From NCBI GenBank assembly GCA_965153355.1, contig OZ231126.1, positions 26,722,001-26,786,000 of the forward strand: DNA of 64,000 nt, in the 5' to 3' direction. The position numbers and the translations under genes were made by a program. This stretch comes from Flaccisagitta enflata. Lineage: Eukaryota. Shown in pieces: positions 28,631 to 44,353 of the stretch (position 1 is the stretch's first letter; each line of letters starts with the position of its first letter). Below the pieces are notes generated by a model that was not told the DNA's origin, made no database searches, and was given only the letters and a program-made list of their open reading frames with translations.

Positions 28631-28650
28631 GAAAAAGAAATAAAGAAGTA
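27728..28650. repeat. (GAA)n, (GAAT)n and (AAAG)n microsatellites
   Basis: Direct sequence. Confidence 0.95.
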
Positions 28651-28861
28651 AAAAGAATATATTACGACGTCAAATCAAACAACACCCACCGTCCACGCCT
28701 CTGCAACGTTGTCCATCTGTTTCTCACTGTCCCTTTCTTTCAGATATTCAGCACTTATCTATTTTTCTATCTTTTAGTCTATTTAAAATCTACCAGTCCA
28801 CTTAATCAGTCTGTACCTCTCCTCTGTCCCGTTGTCTGTCTCACAGTCTTTCTGTCTATCT

Positions 28862-29047
<186 letters not shown>

Positions 29048-29716
29048 CAACCAGATACGAAACGAGTCCGCCCATAATCATGGGAATTATCGAACGCGGC
29101 TTATCGATGGCGTTTGCACGTTGGTTTCTTATTCTTCTTCGCGTCTTTTTGTTATTCATATTCAGTTATTCACTTCACATCAGTGCTGCGCACCTATCTA
29201 GTGAAAATGATGAAGCTAATATTTCGTATGTAGCTCTCTTTAAACACCACCACCTCGCACCTCCCGTTTCAAATTTCCTAGCTCGGCTAGCTGTTGGGTT
29301 GATAAACGCTTGATCGTAACGTCTTATGTTTGGCGTCAAATCTATCAAATTCAGAGTCCTACCAAGTCTCAGACAGTCGACACAAGCGCTGAAAGTTACT
29401 TTTACCAGCATTCACAAATGAATAAACTATTTAACAACCACAGATTGATAAGCAGAAGTAACGAAAGCAACGCCACAAATGCCAACACTAGTCAGAAGTT
29501 TTATGAACAGCGGCCGCCACAAATATCTTCACACATTGAAAACAACCACGAAGGCGTTCTGTCACCAAATAGCAGTGGCAAAGTAGTGGCAGATAACGGC
29601 AAAGTGGGTGCAAAGCTGTGGCAAAGCAGTGGCAAAGGCGGGGGAGGAACTCGATTCAAAGCGTCCTTATACGATATTCATGTGGAATCAGAACAGCGTG
29701 ACAGAACATGGAAGAG

Positions 29717-29798
<82 letters not shown>

Positions 29799-30802
29799 GA
29801 ATTGATGAGAGTAACCTACAAACAATCAAACAAACCAACAAACAAAAAATTAAGAAACAGAAAAAAAAACAAATAACCAACCTACCCTACGGCACCTACA
29901 AAAAAAAAATCAAACAAACAATTTAATTAGTACGAACCTCGATGGAAAATACAAGTTAGGCAGGCGGACAAGATTACCAGCTCTCTCAAGTCTCAATGCA
30001 TAGCTTGTGTAGCACATAGTGGTTTTCTTTCGAGTAAACCTCCTTTCAATGAGCTTTTGTTGTTCGTTTGTTTTGGTCGTTGGGACGTCGTCGTGGCGCG
30101 CACTGGTGCGCGATCTGCAAAAACCTCTTTGCTTGCGCACATCACTTTTGCAGTTTTTAGACAAAAGACACTCGCCCTCTCTTCTTTGGTTGCATGTGAG
30201 TCGTGAGATTCACCCTTTGCTCCTTTTTCTTTTTCTCGGTCTTTCTTTCTGACTGATTCTCTCGGCATTCTGTGACTCTGTCTGTGTGATCAGCTCTTAG
30301 CATTTCTAGTTGCGGACACGCAACTCAATAAAAGGCTTTGTCCGTCCTTCGGACCGACGGACGGACCGACGGACGGACGGACAGACCCTCTTATAGAGAT
30401 GCGAGGACGCATCCAAAAAGAAAAAAAGAAGAAGAAAAGAAGAAGCAGAAGAAGAAGAAGAAGAAGAAGAAGAAGAAGAAGAAGAAAAAGAAAAAGAAAA
30501 AGAAAAAGAAAAAGAAAAAGAAAGAGAAAAAGAAAAAGAAAAAGAAAAAGAAAAAGAAAAAGAGAAAAAGAAAAAGCTCTTGTTGACATTCCTGTCAATC
30601 AAATTGGAAGGAGACATGAACAAATATGAGAACGAGGACTTCTAATCAAATAGAGGATTCCGTGGTGGTGGAAACCGTGCAACCACGTGTCATATGTTTC
30701 AAATATTGAAATCAGTAACATCTACTTTCATTCATTCATTTCTTTCTCTTTTCTTTCTTTCTTTCTTTCTTTTTTTCTTTCTTTTTTTTCTTTCCTTTTT
30801 TT

Positions 30803-30890
<88 letters not shown>

Positions 30891-30967
30891 AATTTCTTTC
30901 TTTCTTTCTTTCTTTCTTTCTTACTTTCTTACTTTCATTCTTTCTTTCTTCCTTTAATTCTTTCTTC

Positions 30968-31014
<47 letters not shown>

Positions 31015-31427
31015 TTTTTTCATTATTCCATTCTATCTTACCTTCTTGCTCTCCTTTGTTTACTCTTTCTTCGTGTTGAACTCCATCCAATACTTTCCTT
31101 ATGCTTTCCTCCACTTTCTTTCGGTTTTCCACCTCTTATTTGTTTCAATTTCATTTATGCGGGCTAGCTACCTCGTATCATCGACCAATGCAAAGGTCAT
31201 GATTATGAATATGAACTGGATTGGATTTGAAGATCTTTTTCATGAAATTTGAAATCAAAGTCATTGCTTATGAAAAGCCGTTGGAACAGCAAAAAGATAA
31301 GAGATCTAAACCAATCAGAGACGAGGAAATCATTTGACTGACCAATGAGAGGGAAGAGCGTGGAAACATCTTCCAGGGTGAAAAGGTTATGACGATTCCA
31401 TGAAACTTGAATGCCAATGAGAATGGA

Positions 31428-31541
<114 letters not shown>

Positions 31542-31662
31542 GACAGAGACAGACAGACAGACAGAAAGACAGAGAGAGAGAGAGAGACAGAGACAGACAG
31601 AGACAGAGACAGACAGACAGACAGAAAGTAAGACAGTCAGTTAGACAGACAGACAGACAGTA

Positions 31663-31715
<53 letters not shown>

Positions 31716-32496
31716 CAGACAGACAGAAAGACAGACAGACAGACAGACAGACTGACAGACTGACATGCAGTTAGACAGACAGTAAGACAGACAGACAGAC
31801 AGACAAACAGGCAATGTTGAACAGACAAACAGACAATGGGATAAAGAGAGACAGATAGACAGTAAGTCAGTCATATAGATAAACAGAGGGACAGAGGCAA
31901 AGGCAGAGGCAGAGGCAAGGACAGATATTTCCCAGTCAATCTGCTCCAGGATGACTGAGTCAAAGGATGGGTTAAAGCAATGAAGCGACGCCGTCAAATT
32001 GTCATCGTTGTCATTGTCTTCACTAGCATCGTTGTCATGGTCGTTGTCATCGTAATTCTCATCGTCGTCGTCATCGTCGTTGTCGTCGTCATCTTTATTG
32101 ATCTCACAGTCGTCATCTTCATCACCATTGCGTTGAAATCGTCCGCCTCTTCGTCGTCATTGTTGTCACCGTTACCAATGTCGTCGTCACCGTTGTCATT
32201 GTCATTGTCATCGTCATCCTCACCGTCGTCGTCGTTTCCTTCCCTTAGCCCTGAGGTCATAATTCTGCCTCGGTTCCCAAGTTCCAACCGGCCGACAAAA
32301 AAAAATTCTTTGGGATTCCTTATTTTTTATGTTGGCCGTTTAAAAAGTGAACTGGATACAGTAACCCGTGAATGATGGACATTGATTGGGCGAGAATTTG
32401 TGGGAAAAACGATTTCCATGTGATGCGCGCGAGATGGTGATGATGATAGAATTGAGGAGGGATGGTTATGACGAGGTGGTTATGACTTGGAAAATA

Positions 32497-32663
<167 letters not shown>

Positions 32664-32844
32664 TTGAATTTGAATTTGAATTTGAATTTGAATTTAATGG
32701 TCCATTAAAGTGATAGCACTTTCGTACAAAAATCCACATTGTGATTAAGTACAAGGACATGATTTAGAAATAAATGCTTTAATAGGTATGACATGGGACA
32801 TTTAGGACCGGGATTCAGAGCCATCATTAAAACGTGCCAACTTG

Positions 32845-32937
<93 letters not shown>

Positions 32938-33021
32938 TCACATATTCAGTCAATGCAAAAGTCATCCTGAAATATCTGTTTATTAAAACAACTTATGAAG
33001 CGAACTGGTTTATTTCAAAAG

Positions 33022-33061
<40 letters not shown>

Positions 33062-33786
33062 AGTTCGTCTGTTCACTGGTCTGGTCTGTTCACCCATCTG
33101 CATCTCCCTCCATCCGTTTTTTTTTTTGACAGCACAAAATTGAATGAGAGCCGTTAAGGAAGAAACCCTAGTACAGGCATAACCTGATGGAACAAAAGTT
33201 GAGGAAGTCACCGAGTCTCAGGGGTTAAAAGAGTGATAAACGGTGGAATTCTAGAAACTGGAGAAGGAGAGATCATCTGACCATCATTCGGGTCAGTAGA
33301 TTTCCTCCCTGCCCTCAACCGTGCATCTTCTTATTCTCACCCTAATACATCCATCATGTTTCTTGCTCCAGAAACAAACAAGAGTTTATAAACTGCTTTA
33401 CCTGTACGTTATGTTTTTCGTATGAAATTCAACGGGGTTCGCAAACAAAATCGAGGTAGAATCTATTTTGATGCTGACTTTTACTGACCATCGCTCCATA
33501 TTCGTGGAATGGCCAAGCGATGCGCACAAGTTGGCACGTTTTAATGATGGCTCTGAATCCCGGTCCTAAATGTCCCATGTCATACCTATTAAAGCATTTA
33601 TTTCTAACGATATAAAAACAAGGACAGGTCATTTTTACTTATACCGATGCTTTGGTGCGCCTGAAAGAGAGTTAAAAGAGGCGGTCGGTCAGGAACCTTG
33701 CCGAATTTAGTCTTTCGCCATCAAGTGAAGGGACCCCGTCGGAGTAATTCATTTGTCATACTCTACCCTATCATTACATTTATCTA

Positions 33787-34888
33787 CTACCTAGGAATTA
33801 AGTTTGGAATCAAAAAGGGTAAGATTTGATTTATCAATTGAATTTCGTTTAAAACATGATTCTGATAGCATGAGCACTTCATGTAACATTTTTTAACTAA
33901 CTTTTTAGTCGCGTGAACGCGACTCTAGAAGCCGCTATGTCGGTCGGTCGGTCGGTCGGTCGGTCGGTCTGTCGGTCTGTCCGTAACTTTTTTGAAATGT
34001 AGGCTTTATAGTCGTTTTAAAGGTTATTGAAGGTTATTAAAGGTAATTATAGGTAATTTTTGGTAATTATAGGTAATTTTAGGTAATTTTAGGTAATTAT
34101 AGGTAAATATAGGTATTTTAATAATCTGTATCATATAAGTCAGAAAAGTTGTCTCGGACTATAAATTGAGGTAATTGTAGGAAATATAGGAAATAATGGG
34201 TAATTATAGGTGATTATTGGTAATTTAATGTAATTGTAGGTAATTATAGGTATTTACAGGTAGTTCTAGGTAAATGTGGGTAATTATAGGAAGATATAGG
34301 TACTTAGTTATCTTCATTATCTTTATTACCTTAATTACCTTAATTACCTTAATTACCTTTATTACCCTTATTACCACGCGACTAAGGTTTGTTGACCTTG
34401 TTCAGTTTTGCAGGTGGAGGGCGGTCTGTAAAGATTGTCATACAGTTTAGAAAGGTCTTGTTCTGGCATCTGTGAGCAGTTATTGCCAGCTTTTCATTTA
34501 ATGGAGTGTTTACATGGTTTTGCTTGTCATTTCTAAACGAATGAAGCCAAGGAAACCAGATTGCGCTCATCTTGAAGATTTTTCGATGTAGATTAATTTG
34601 CTTTTTTAAAAAAAGTTTTTTGCTTTTCTTGAAGTGGAGATATTTCAAGAAGAAGATAACCCTAAGTTTTTCCTATATCATTCTCAATATTTTTTACCCA
34701 TTTTGGAAATGAAAGTTTTCACTCTTTTGCTTGCCATTTCTAAACGGTTTGAGCTACAGAGACCAGATTGAACTCATCTTGAAGATTTTTTGATGTCGAT
34801 TAATTTGCTTTTTTTAAAAAGTCATCTAACCTTTTTGAAAGCCAAGATATTTATGGTAGAATTTGATTCCAAACTTATCACTAGGTAG
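33787..34888. mobile_element. TA-flanked MITE (Tc1/mariner-like) containing a nested DINE-like element (~33905-34385)
   Basis: TA|CTACCTAGGAATTAAGTTTGGAATCAAA ... TTTGATTCCAAACTTATCACTAGGTAG|TA. The nested element has an AGTCGCGTGAACGCGACT hairpin, (GTCG)n and 10-bp AGGTAATTAT tandem repeats. Confidence 0.7.
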
Positions 34889-35368
34889 TAATGTGATTTT
34901 TACTCTTGTAATGAATAAAGATATTGCAATAAAAGACATGTCTGCTCTGTTTATAAAAGATGAGGAGTTATTCAATGTATTTTAAGTTAGCTTTGATCTT
35001 ACCTTCACTAATGACTCTTTAATCATTTTTCGATCATGTGAAACACTATTATGTAACATGTTTTATTTTTGTTATGACCTTCGTATGATTCTTGTTCCCT
35101 TTTGAAACACTGAATTTGTAAATAGATGCAACACCCATATAAATGGATTGCATCAGAGGGGGTGCCTACCAATTGAACTGTTACATCCGAAAGGATTTCT
35201 ACTCTCACCAAAATATACAAATTGTGCATCTAACGAGATCTCTGCCCTCATTATTCATGCGGGATTCTGACCGAAAGGCGCGAGGCAAAGGAAGGCTTAC
35301 CCACAGTCCGAAATCCTCCACTATCTCCCTTTTAGATTCATGAGCCACGTTACAGCTTCTGGTGTTGA

Positions 35369-35426
<58 letters not shown>

Positions 35427-35443
35427 GCTGCTGCTGCTGCTGC

Positions 35444-35482
<39 letters not shown>

Positions 35483-35534
35483 GGTTGTGGTTGTGGTTTT
35501 TGTTTTTGTTTTTGTTTTTGTTTTTGTTTTTGTT

Positions 35535-35599
<65 letters not shown>

Positions 35600-36289
35600 G
35601 ATGTCGTTGTTGTTGCTATTTTTGTTTTTGCTTTCTTTCTGTTTTTGTTGTTGCTGTTGTTTATCAATTACAAAATCTTAGCCTCTTATCATAGAGATAA
35701 AGATGATGTACTTGCATTCAACCTCATTTGCATAATGGAGTTTGCGTGTATTGTGTAACTGACGCTCCGGTAAAACTTTGAAATGAATGATTCTGTTCCA
35801 GTAAAGTTACTCTGTCGCCGACTGTTGTAACTAAATGTCGCGCCATTGATCGCCATCCTTCAATTTTTCACTAAAATTGACCAAGATGCAAATTTCCCTG
35901 AATACAACTCTGAATGGCGATTTCTTTAAAAAGCTAAAATATTCCATAAAATGTTGAAATTTGTCTCAAGCAACTACAAAGTGCCTCCTATGCCAGGAGC
36001 GAGTGATCTCCCGGTCAAGAGGTCAAAGTTGGGAGCCACAGTGGTTCCAAAAAATAAAAAGTGCACTAAAATCCCAGTTTTCTCATTGGGACCTATTTCA
36101 GACACGAGAAATCCAATGGTGATGTTTAATTTTTTCTGTAACTTAAGGAAATTGCCTTAAGGGCATCTTGAAAATAGGTAAAAAACATTTTTTTGAAAAA
36201 AATATATTTGTTAAGCCTAATTGTGGCCTAAGGGTGGCAATAAGTGATAGCAGGTGTCATTTGACCTCCTTTAGGAATTTCATGGACTC

Positions 36290-36980
36290 AGAGGCGAGTT
36301 AAAGCCATTTTTCAGCCGTTTTTAGGGTCAAATGCCCATATTTTCAATGACAACGCCCTATTGTGAGGCCAGAATTGAGTGTATCTATTATGACTGTACC
36401 TTCTTGTAATTTTCTTAGATTGGCCCTACTCTTTTTCAAGCCTCTATGGTGTTTTAAAGTCATTTTTAAGCAGTTTTTAGGGTCAATTGCCCATTTTTTC
36501 AACGGCAACGCCCTATTATGAGGCCGGAATCAAGTGTTTCTTTTCAGAATACCCCTTCCTGTAAATTTTCAGATTGGCCCTACTCCTTTTCAAGCCTCAA
36601 TGATGTTTTAAAGCCATTTTTCAGCAGTTTTTAGGGTCAAATGCCCATATTTTCAACGACAACGCCCTATAGTGAGGCCAGAATTGAGTGTATCTATTCA
36701 GAATGCACCTGCCGGTAAATTTTCAGATTGGCTCGACTCTTTTTCATGCCTCTATGGGTTTTTAAAGCCTTTTTTTTAGCAGTTTTTAGGGTCAAATGTT
36801 CATTTTTTTCAACGGTATTTCCCTACAGTGTGGCCTGAAATTAGTGTATCAATTTAAAATGTACTTCCCTGTGAATTTTCAGATTGACCGTTCTCTTTTT
36901 CAAGCCCAATGGCGCTTAAAAGCCTTTTTTCAGCAGTTTTTAGGGTCAAATGTCAATTTTTCAACGGTAACTCCCTGTTT
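36290..36980. repeat. ~154-155-bp tandem repeat, about 4.5 copies
   Basis: Anchor AGGGTCAA recurs at 36324, 36479, 36633, 36788 and 36942. Confidence 0.85.
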
Positions 36981-37657
36981 AGTCGCCAGTACTCATCAAG
37001 CTGTAAATTTTCAGATTGTTATAATAATCTCGCTTGAAATAAGTGCATGTTGCTCTGTTATACACACATGCAGAATGCTCTGTCCCTGCCCTCCCACATA
37101 GGCGACTACTTATTGGCCATGCATCCAGCTTTGCTTTAACCTGAGAGTCGCGGATGGGTGGGCTGGAGCAGAATAGCGAAAAAATGCTTACATTTTGTTT
37201 TGGTTACGGACCGACGGAGGGACCAATGATGTGACCGAGGGACCGACTAACAGACGGACTGACACCGCAAGTTCTAGAGTCACTAACTAGCTAACGTTGG
37301 TAATCATAGCGATAAATATTTAGTAAAGAGCATTTGTGGATTATGGAATTAATGAGTTACAAAGCACCAGATGGATACATACAGACGTGTATCCTATTCT
37401 ATCTGATGGACCGATAGACGGACATACAGCGCAAGCACAGCGAAACAGAAATATTGTTGTTGTTTTTGTTGTTGCTTTTGTAATTGTTGTCGTCGTTCTA
37501 ATTGTTGCTGAAATTGTTGAAATTAGTATTGTAATGGTTGTTGCAGTTGTTTTTGTTGTAATTGTAGTCGTTGTGATTGTTGCGATCGTTGTTGTGATTG
37601 CTGTGGTTGTTGCTCTTTCCGTTGTTGTCGTTGTTGTCGTTGTTGTCGTTGTTGTCG

Positions 37658-37731
<74 letters not shown>

Positions 37732-37744
37732 GATTTTACTGGCG

Positions 37745-37847
<103 letters not shown>

Positions 37848-38947
37848 CGTCGTTGTTGGTGTCGCGGACTTGGTTGACCCTACTACCATTCTACGCACGT
37901 GATTGACAAACCGCCAAGTTGTTGTTGACAGGACTGTAATCTGTTGTTCAGAGGGAGGGGGAATGTTGATTACAGGCTCGAGATATATCGCTTTCTGACT
38001 AACAAATCATCGATGTATATGCAACATACCAAATCGTGGGCGTGGTAGTAGGCCAGGTCCTGATTCTAAGAAATATAAATAAAAGAGAAAGAAACTACAA
38101 ATGCGACTACGCGCGTGAACGCTGCTATCATGACGATCTATGATACAGTTCTATAGCAATGTTGATGTTGAGCTTCGGCAACGATTATTTTACAGTTGGT
38201 GATTTTACTGGCGTTGTTGTTGTCAGTGTTGATGTTGTCTTTGTTGTTTTCTTTTCCGTGTACTTCTATCATATCTGTTGTAGTTATTATCAAGTTCATT
38301 GTTGTACGCTGTAATGCGCGTGAGCGGTGCAAGCGAACGATCATAGCGAGCGACTGAGTGAACTGTTAACAAGGCTGGATACACGGCCAATATCAGTCGC
38401 GGATGGGTGGGCAGAGGCGGATAAGCGAATTTTCACACTTACCGACTCGATCATCATGGTCCAATGGACAGTCGGATGGATGGATGGATGGATGGATGGA
38501 TGGATGGATGCACGGACGGACGGACAGAGCCTCTCATAGTCGCTAGTCAGCGATTAGAAACCCGATTGTCTGAGACTTGAAACCCACCCAATAATTCTAT
38601 AGGATTCACACGGCCCTGAAGATTGATTGAAAGGCAGACTTCCGGCCTCAGAGGGCAGATTTCAGCCCCGAGAGGTCAAATTTCAGGCCAGAGAGAGTAG
38701 ATTTCAGGCTAGAGAGGGCCGATATTAGGCCTGTGTGCCAGATTTTGGGTCTGGAAGGGCAGATTTCAGTCTTGGAAAGGCAGATTTCAGGTCCAAGGGG
38801 CCTGGTGGGGGGGGGGGGGGGATTGGGGACAAACAAACGGACGAAAAGACGAACAAACAAACAAAGTGTTTTACAAGACTTTGTCTCCATCGGGGCCACT
38901 GCCAAAACAGAGAAACGTACACGTTGTTGTTGTTGTTGTTGTTGTTT

Positions 38948-39096
<149 letters not shown>

Positions 39097-39258
39097 GCTG
39101 TTGTTGCAGTAATTGTTGTTGCGGTTGTAATTATAGACTTGTAGTCGTGATTGTTGTTGTGATTGCTTTGGTTGTTGTTGTTTAAAAAAAAAACAGCAAA
39201 AATCATCGACAAACATTGCGTTATGGGACAACTTAATTTTTTCGATTCAAGCTTCTTA

Positions 39259-39503
39259 GGGCGTGTTTCTAGTGACGATCAAAAAAGCGTGTCCCTGTGA
39301 AATGCGCTCTCAGTGTGAACGCATGTTCATGAATCTCCACTGTCCCACGAGGGAGTGAGTGAGTGAAGTGAGTGAGCGAGCAAGCGAAGGGAGTGCAGCG
39401 AAGTGGAGCGCTGCAAAGCCAGTTAGCAGTGTGAGCGAACGAACGTAGCGAAAAACTGAGTGGCCCGTCAAAAACGCAATTGTTTGTGACTAGAAAGGCG
39501 CCC
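39259..39503. mobile_element. PIF/Harbinger-like MITE
   Basis: TIR GGGCGTGTTTCTAGTGAC / GTGACTAGAAAGGCGCCC flanked by TTA and TGA (3-bp TWA-like TSD, one mismatch). Confidence 0.6.
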
Positions 39504-41643
39504 TGAGTCAAAATTAAAGTTTTAATGTCTTTGTGTGATTTAACATTTTATCCTTAGACATAATGCTAAGGCGACGACTCAACGTAAGCTGTTTCTTCAT
39601 TTTCTGGCCTCAAGGGAAAAAAATGTTTGCTAAAACAGAGAAGAAGTGAATTCTTAGTAGCAAAGGTACCAGTCATTTTCCCCGCCAAAAACGGGAACTG
39701 ATTTTTTCCGTTTTCATTTTTTTCAAAACGCGTTGAGTTGCGAGCGAAAATGATTCCACCAGGCAATGACCATTGATATCCCGAATCTTAAAAACAAGCC
39801 AAAAGTTTTACCAAATTTTACCGTTTCCATTGAGAGCGCCAGAAACATGCGGGAGCGCAATTTGGTGCTTTTTTGTGGGATGGGGTAGCTACGCAAGCTT
39901 CAGCCCTTCTCAGGTGGTAAACCATGTCATAACCTTTCGTTTGGTACCACGCATGGAACTTTTCTTGGAACACTGACGTTAGGGGCATGAAAACAAAATT
40001 CCTTATCGGGTGACTAAAGCTAATACCAAAAGTCATTTTCTGATTCAACGGTCACAAGTTCAAGAATGAAATTGGTTCAGAATGAAATAGTATGGCAAGT
40101 TTCGTCATATCATCCCATAAAAAAAATTCGAATAATTACCCACCACTGATTTCAGAAATAATATAAAGGAACGACTGTGGGAGCGTGGCTGATTAAAGCC
40201 AACACATTTCTCCGTCATCTGAGGTCCGTCGCTCCCCACGGAAGTTAGGAATCATGCCATGGTGGACGTTGTATATGTTGTTCTTGTTTTTATTGTTACG
40301 GTTGTTCTTGTTCTACTTTTCCTTCTTCTCCTCGTTGTTGTTTTTGTTGTTGTTAAAGTTGTCCTTTTACGCATCCGCACTTGTTTGTTGTAGTGTTTGG
40401 AAACTTTTAACTAAAGAATACAGTTAAATCTCACATTAATGGATCCCAGAGTTACAAAAATCTACCAACAAGGGATATCAATCTTTGGTCCCTGTAAGTC
40501 ATAACTCATAAGTCTTTATTTCCTATACTGGTGATAATGGAAATCCATTATGTTGGATAAAATTCATCAGTTCTATGACATCCGTTATTGCGGGATGTCG
40601 ATGTAACTGTATTTGAGCTTGAACTGAGTGCAACTGAGTCAGGCGCGAGCAGAGGGGGGATACTTCCACACCAGGTTGAAGACTTAGGGAGGGCAAACAG
40701 CGGGGGAAAATTTGATTTTTAGGAGAAAATATTAGTAGATAACAGCGTAGTCCTTTAAGTCAAATCATGCTTGGGCGCCATTGAAAAATAAACAGGTCTG
40801 ATTGAGCCCTTATTCAAGTCAAACAAAGAGCCCTCATATGTAAGATCCCTACTGTTTTACAGTTTATGTTTATTTTCATAGGGTATTTAAAGCACTAAGT
40901 GAGGTAACTAAGGAGGCCAATGCCGACGCCCGATATTTCTTCGCTCGCCTCTGAACTGGACCCAGTTTACACACCATCTCTCATGTTCCTGTCTCAGCAC
41001 ACACAAAAATCGAAATTAGGACGCTTCTTCCCAAATCAATGTCAACAATTATGCAAATGAAAAACTGAAGAACTAAGAAAAGTATCGTCTTATAGAACAC
41101 TTAATCATAATCATCTTTGCCCGATTGGGTGACGCAAACAAGTGATGAGTTCTTAAGTGGCGATTGTAATGCAAATTAGGATTTTTTTTTTCCTGTCTGG
41201 CTTTCTTCTGACAAAACTCATTTTTAACAATAAAATGAAAAAATCAAAACCGGAAATGACAAAAGTTTAGGCAATCTATTTTGCAGGGACAAAAATCTAC
41301 TTCCTAACTCTTTTTTCTTGAGATCATTTCTGTTTATTCATTTCTCTTTGTTACATTTTTGTTTTTTACTGATTTCAAGATCCCCTTTATTACTCAAAAT
41401 GTTTTTATTTTCTTTTAATTGAGTTTTTATCAATTCGCCGTTTAAATTCTTGGCGTGTTTGTGAAAAAGAAATGATTCTGAAACTAAAATTAAAAAAAAA
41501 ACTGTCATTTTTCTTTTGTCTAGAGCGTGTCTTTTATCATTAGTCATTCGTGCAATTTGCAAAATTTAGTTGTTTTTTTGTCTCATTTTCTGATTCGCTT
41601 TGGTAACTTTGGGGGTTGATTTTGTTTTATTCATTACTTGTTT

Positions 41644-41834
41644 TTAGTCGCGTGCACGCGACTCTACAACCCGCTTTGTCTCTCGGTCGGTTGGTCGGTC
41701 CGTCGGTCACACTTTACTTTTTTTATGATTTTATTACTTTGACCTCCCTGCTCCTGCCTAAATGGTCTGGTGACCTCAAATATGGCCCCTGCCCACCTGT
41801 ACGCGACTTCGGTAGCCGTGTATCCGGCCTTGTT
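41644..41834. mobile_element. DINE-1/Helentron-like short non-autonomous element (apparently complete copy)
   Basis: T-run, hairpin AGTCGCGTGCACGCGACT, (GGTC)n, body, end GGTAGCCGTGTATCCGGCCTTGTT, T-run; no TSD. Confidence 0.7.
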
Positions 41835-42180
41835 TTTTCTTTTTCTTGTCATATATTTTTCTTTTTTGAGTTTAGCTTTTTAGAAAAATAGTTCTTTTCT
41901 CGTTGAATGATGATTGGATAGGAAGAGCAAGGAGACAGTGGGAGGGGGAAAGAGGAGGAAGAGGTGACAGTGGGAGGGGGAAAGAGGAAAGAAGAGGAGA
42001 TAGTGGGAGGGGGAGATGCTCAAATTCTGGGAGGGGGAAAGAGGAGGAAGACGAGATAGTGGGAGGGGGAGATGCTCAAATTCTGTCTAAACGAGTGACG
42101 TTGAGTGATTTTGAGGAACCTTTCACGGTGGCCCACAGTCATTCGATTTTTTTTCTTTGTCTTTGTGTGTGTGTTTGTGT

Positions 42181-42321
<141 letters not shown>

Positions 42322-42322
42322 C

Positions 42323-42378
<56 letters not shown>

Positions 42379-42801
42379 GCGTGTGCGTGTGCGTGTGCGT
42401 GTGTGTGTGTGTGTGTTTGTGTTTGTGTTTGTGCTTTCGCCCCTGCATGGTAATTTAAAATCTAATGCTATTCCACCTGGGGATCGCTTCCGCTGCCACT
42501 TTTACTCGAGTCTGTCTGTCCGTCTAACCATTCGTCAGTCTTTCAGTCTGTACGTCTTTTTGTCTGTCTGTCTATTTGGCCATGTTTTTCACTAATCTTA
42601 GCAATTCGATAAACGTTTTAACACATATGATAGATACTATCTGTTTAACTTAATATCATTGAACATATTCAAAGTTGTCACGTGTCTTTTGATCCTATCA
42701 CGCATTTTTCGCGTCAGTCTCCATTTTCAAAAAACAATCATTTTGGGACTCCCGTCACAAAGAAGATGGACATCACCACATTAAAATGACGGCAAATAGA
42801 A

Positions 42802-43020
42802 AAACAAGGCCGGATACACGGCTACCTAAGTCGCATGTGGGTGGGCTGGGGTCATATCTGATGTCACTTCATTATTTGGGCAGGAGTAGTGAGACTAAAC
42901 ACCGCAAAAAAAAAAAGTAAAGGGTGATGGACGAACGGACCGACGAACCAACGGACCGACGGACGGACCGACGGACGGACCGACAAAGCGGGTTGTAGAG
43001 TCGCGTAGCACGCGACTAAG
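42802..43020. mobile_element. DINE-1/Helentron-like short non-autonomous element
   Basis: AACAAGGCCGGATACACGGCTACC ... (GGACCGAC)n ... AGTCGCGTAGCACGCGACTAA. Confidence 0.7.
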
Positions 43021-43646
43021 AATACATATATATATCTAAATATATAATTTGATAATCTTTTTTTTTCCTCCTTTCCCGTTCGTTTACTTTTGTTTTCTTC
43101 TTTTCCTGATATGTTTTTTTTTAGGACAGAGAGAAAAAAACCGTCAATCAACATTTCAAAATTGAATGGCCCAAAAGTTCATAACACGAGATCAATCATG
43201 TGGGGGAGAAGTTTGCTCCTCCTTTTTTTGCTCCTGTCAAGAGTTTGAAACAACCTGGACTCCTATTCCTGGTTCTCTTCTATTCCTTTTTCAATTCCTT
43301 TTTTCTTTTTTTTTTCCTGATCTTCAATTGTTTCTAGGGTTTCTGAACGTGGGAGGGAGGCTGCGTGAAAACTCGACTCTGAAAGTAATGCACCACAAGA
43401 TTGGCTTCGTTTGTGCATCAATGGTTCGAATGATTGGTTTCTACCTGGCCTCGATTTAAAAACTGCCAGGGAACGTCTCATGGCGTTTTCACGTGCGCCA
43501 AAGCACGTCTATAGGAGGCTGTGTCCGTTGGTTGGTTGGTTGGTCGGTAGCGCATCCGTTCGAGGATCCACACGGCGCACATGTTGGCCTACTTAGCCTT
43601 GCTTTGTCTTACGTCCATAGTAACAAGGCACGCGCGCACAAACGTG

Positions 43647-43750
<104 letters not shown>

Positions 43751-43967
43751 GCCATAAACCCACACATTATAACACTCATACAAACACACACAGAGAGAAA
43801 AAAAATGTCAAATGCAAACATTTTAAGCATTAACTACTCGTTATTTTATTCTGGATGCAACTCTCATACATCAATCATATTTTTTTCATGACGATTTTCA
43901 AAAGTGGCTCAACAACTCAATTGCGGTCACCATTGCTCTACCTTTTTGTGTGGGTCCATGTGCGGGT

Positions 43968-44055
<88 letters not shown>

Positions 44056-44254
44056 TTTCTCTGTAATGTAAAAAAAACTTATTGAAATGAGCGAAAGAGC
44101 GATATTTCGACGAATGAGGGGCTTGGCTTGGAGGGGGGTGCGGGCTTGGGCCTCCCAAAGGGGATCAAAGGGGGGTGCTTACTTGGCCTCCCCACACGCG
44201 TAGATGATGAAGTATGGGAGAGTTTTTCAATCGTGAATTCTCTGTATTTGTATG

Positions 44255-44353
<99 letters not shown>

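Noticed and set aside
29175-29700. Unique-looking ORFs between microsatellites
   Set aside because: No recognisable homology or consistent exon structure from inspection alone.
40419-40611. Possible degenerate Tigger-like MITE (TACAGTTAAATCTC...), with a similar start near 10785
   Set aside because: The TIR match is too degraded to fix boundaries.
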